A stretch of DNA of 64,000 nucleotides, from assembly GCF_038025025.1 (NCBI RefSeq), contig NW_027117339.1:1550001-1614000 (forward strand), given 5' to 3'. A program made the translations under genes and the position numbers. This DNA comes from Phyllosticta citribraziliensis (taxonomy: Eukaryota). A model generated the notes under the pieces. It was not told the origin of the DNA and did not search any database. It saw only the letters and a program-made list of their open reading frames with translations. This document shows, piece after piece, positions 61,901 to 64,000 of the stretch (positions are counted from its first letter, which is position 1; the number at the start of each line of letters is the position of its first letter).

Positions 61901-63101
61901 TGGGTAATTCAATGAAGCCTTCAAGGTGTTATCCTCGATTTACTACTACCAACTACTAATACCACGTCCCGACGCGACAACAATTACATGCAAGCACGTA
62001 TCCAAGACTGCATCTCCCCTTTCCAAAACAAATCACCAACCAGCGGCAACTCCTCTTCCTCAATTCCACCCACCAGCTCTTACCCCCGCACCTGCCCGCC
62101 GGCCGGCCAGAAAGATATTGCGGATCAAGGAAAGATGGGGGAGAAGGAGAGGATTAATTCCATGCAAACCCGCTTTGCAGGATGCATAGCCAATCAAAAA
62201 GCTTGAAAACACAGACGCAGAAAGTCAATTCCCGTCTTTCATCGTCCCCGCATTCTGCATCCATCACCCGCACTCTATGCTTTCACCTTGACCAACAACT
62301 CTCCCTGATTCATGTTTTGTACTCCCAAGGAAACCAAATGAGTGTAGCAACAATGTGAAGGAAGGGTGAAGCGGGGAATACCACCGTAATTGACTCTGTA
62401 AGCACGCTTTAACTGCTTGATGTCTATAGACAAGGAAGAAGAACAGGCCACGACGGGGCTCAAGGAGAGGAAATGACCATGACGGAGAAGCCGCTGCCAA
62501 ATACAAGGAAAACGCGCTCTATAGACCGCGATTAATGGCCCGCAGGGCGATGCACTGGCGTTGCAAACCCCGGCGGCCGAACAATATGCAAATTATGGAG
62601 TCTGAGGGGCAGCGGAAGACTTGCAAAAGGAAACGAGGTTCAAGTTCGAGAGATGAAGGGGAAAATGAAAAATTTGGATGGCATCCTGGACCAAACTCCT
62701 TCCCGCGAAATAAACGTGTGCCTTGGAGGAAGAAAAAGTGCAATCATCCACCTCATTTTTGGTTCAATCACCTCTCAATCCTTCCCATGATGCCTCGATT
62801 AAAAACCACCCGAGATATGCAGAAAGACTTGAGGAGAGAACCAATGGGGAGCCAGACGGGCAGATTTGAAAGGACCAGTGAAGTGCAACCATGAACCTGA
62901 TGCTCTGGTATCAAACAACTCGAAAACAACGAAGGAAAATCGGATTTTGAAAGCGCTTCAATCCGCGGGGCCGGTCACGTACGGCCTGAAATCGCGGACC
63001 CAAAACATCGACTTTCGAAACGTAGAAAGAAGAGGGGTGCGTGTCGTTCAACGGGGTGGAAATCGTTCGCGTCATCTCGTTAGCAGGGTATTGGTAGTTG
63101 C

Positions 63102-64000
63102 TCACTCGTCAGCGGAGATGGTCAGCTCGGGCAGCTGATGATTCTCCTTGCCCTTGGCTCTAGAAGCCCACTTCCTCTGTTTCGGAGCTCCCCAACCCTC
63201 GTCGTCATCCTCGGTCGGGACCCTGGCCGGTTTCGGCTTCACCCGAATGGTCAGGCGCTCGGGAGAAGAGTGTTGAACGCTCGCCTGCTGCACCGTTGCA
63301 GGCTGAACCGTGGTTTGGGACATGACTGTGGAACTACCGTCATGGATCTGCTGGGACACGGGTCTGTAGCGTGCAGACTTGCCTATATTGCTGCGCTCCG
63401 AAGGCGCAAGAGATGGAGCATACGCGTTGGCCGCGAGATGGGACCCGAAGCGTTGGCCCATGGAGCTCATGTTCATGGTAGACGTGCGTCCCGAGGGGTT
63501 GAAAACGCTGTTTGGACGCGGACCGTTGCCGGGCATCGACATGGTGCGCTGGCCTTGATTAGGAGTCAGGAAGTTGGACTGGGGCATTTGAGGGGACATC
63601 TGGGGCATCATTCCGGGCTGCATCATGGGCTGTTGCATCATGGGCTGAGGCATCATGCTGGCTTGCTGCTGCTGCAACATGCTTTGCATCTGCTGCTGCA
63701 AGTTGGCCATTTGCTGCATCTGCTGCATCTGGATTTGCATCTGCTGAATGCCCATGCCCATGGGAGGCATGAGCATCTGTTGCTGAGCAAGCATCTGCTG
63801 CTGAGGGAGCATTTGCTGCTGAGGCATAAAGGCCATGGGCTGCGCTGGTGGTGGTACCATGCCTGACATTTGCGCCTGCGGCTGGGGGATCCGCTGGCCG
63901 AAGTGAGGGTTGCCGTATATTTTGGTGGCGCCTCCACGTCGGGCTTCCTTTTCCTTCTCGGCGTCGGCAATCATGTTGACAAGGGTGGGTTGGGCATTGC
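63102..64000 (-). CDS. 3' part of a hypothetical protein with a Q/M/P-rich low-complexity region (5'-partial)
   Basis: Open frame of at least 290 codons reaching the window end. MQQ-rich tract followed by YAPSLAPSERSNIG..ARYRPV and DDDEGWG. Confidence 0.85.
   Translation of the reverse strand, partial: NAQPTLVNMIADAEKEKEARRGGATKIYGNPHFGQRIPQPQAQMSGMVPPPAQPMAFMPQQQMLPQQQMLAQQQMLMPPMGMGIQQMQIQMQQMQQMANLQQQMQSMLQQQQASMMPQPMMQQPMMQPGMMPQMSPQMPQSNFLTPNQGQRTMSMPGNGPRPNSVFNPSGRTSTMNMSSMGQRFGSHLAANAYAPSLAPSERSNIGKSARYRPVSQQIHDGSSTVMSQTTVQPATVQQASVQHSSPERLTIRVKPKPARVPTEDDDEGWGAPKQRKWASRAKGKENHQLPELTISADE

Noticed and set aside
52830..63101. tRNA-targeted island or Starship-like element
   Set aside because: No tyrosine recombinase or integrase, no duplicated tRNA end, and no cargo genes were recognised.

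Overview
This is a 64-kb eukaryotic window from an intron-rich filamentous ascomycete (Pezizomycotina-type: short GT-AG introns with CTRAC/CTAAC branch sites, signs of RIP). About 16 protein genes can be reconstructed. They include a DUF6540-like protein, a GRE2/DFR-like SDR, a proline/amino-acid permease, LSM5, a hybrid histidine kinase, a SERCA-type Ca2+-ATPase, an Eisosome1-family protein, a tyrosine-phosphatase-family protein, CDK7/KIN28, FYV4/mS41, a SAM+HMG-box factor, a DUF3074 protein and several hypothetical proteins. There is also an intron-containing tRNA-Gln(CTG). The most notable structure outside the ORF track is: (i) a 561-bp RIP-marked Mutator-like MITE with ~80-bp TIRs and a 9-bp TSD; (ii) a ~1.5-kb array of a conserved ~50-nt core recurring every ~220 bp with divergent spacers; (iii) a 75-aa three-exon gene with a GC-AG intron; (iv) an SDR that has lost both catalytic Ser and Tyr; (v) a partial ORF at the window start that appears to continue past RIP-type stops. 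Family names come from motif recognition by eye; no database searches were run. I found no complete, demonstrably novel multi-gene system.
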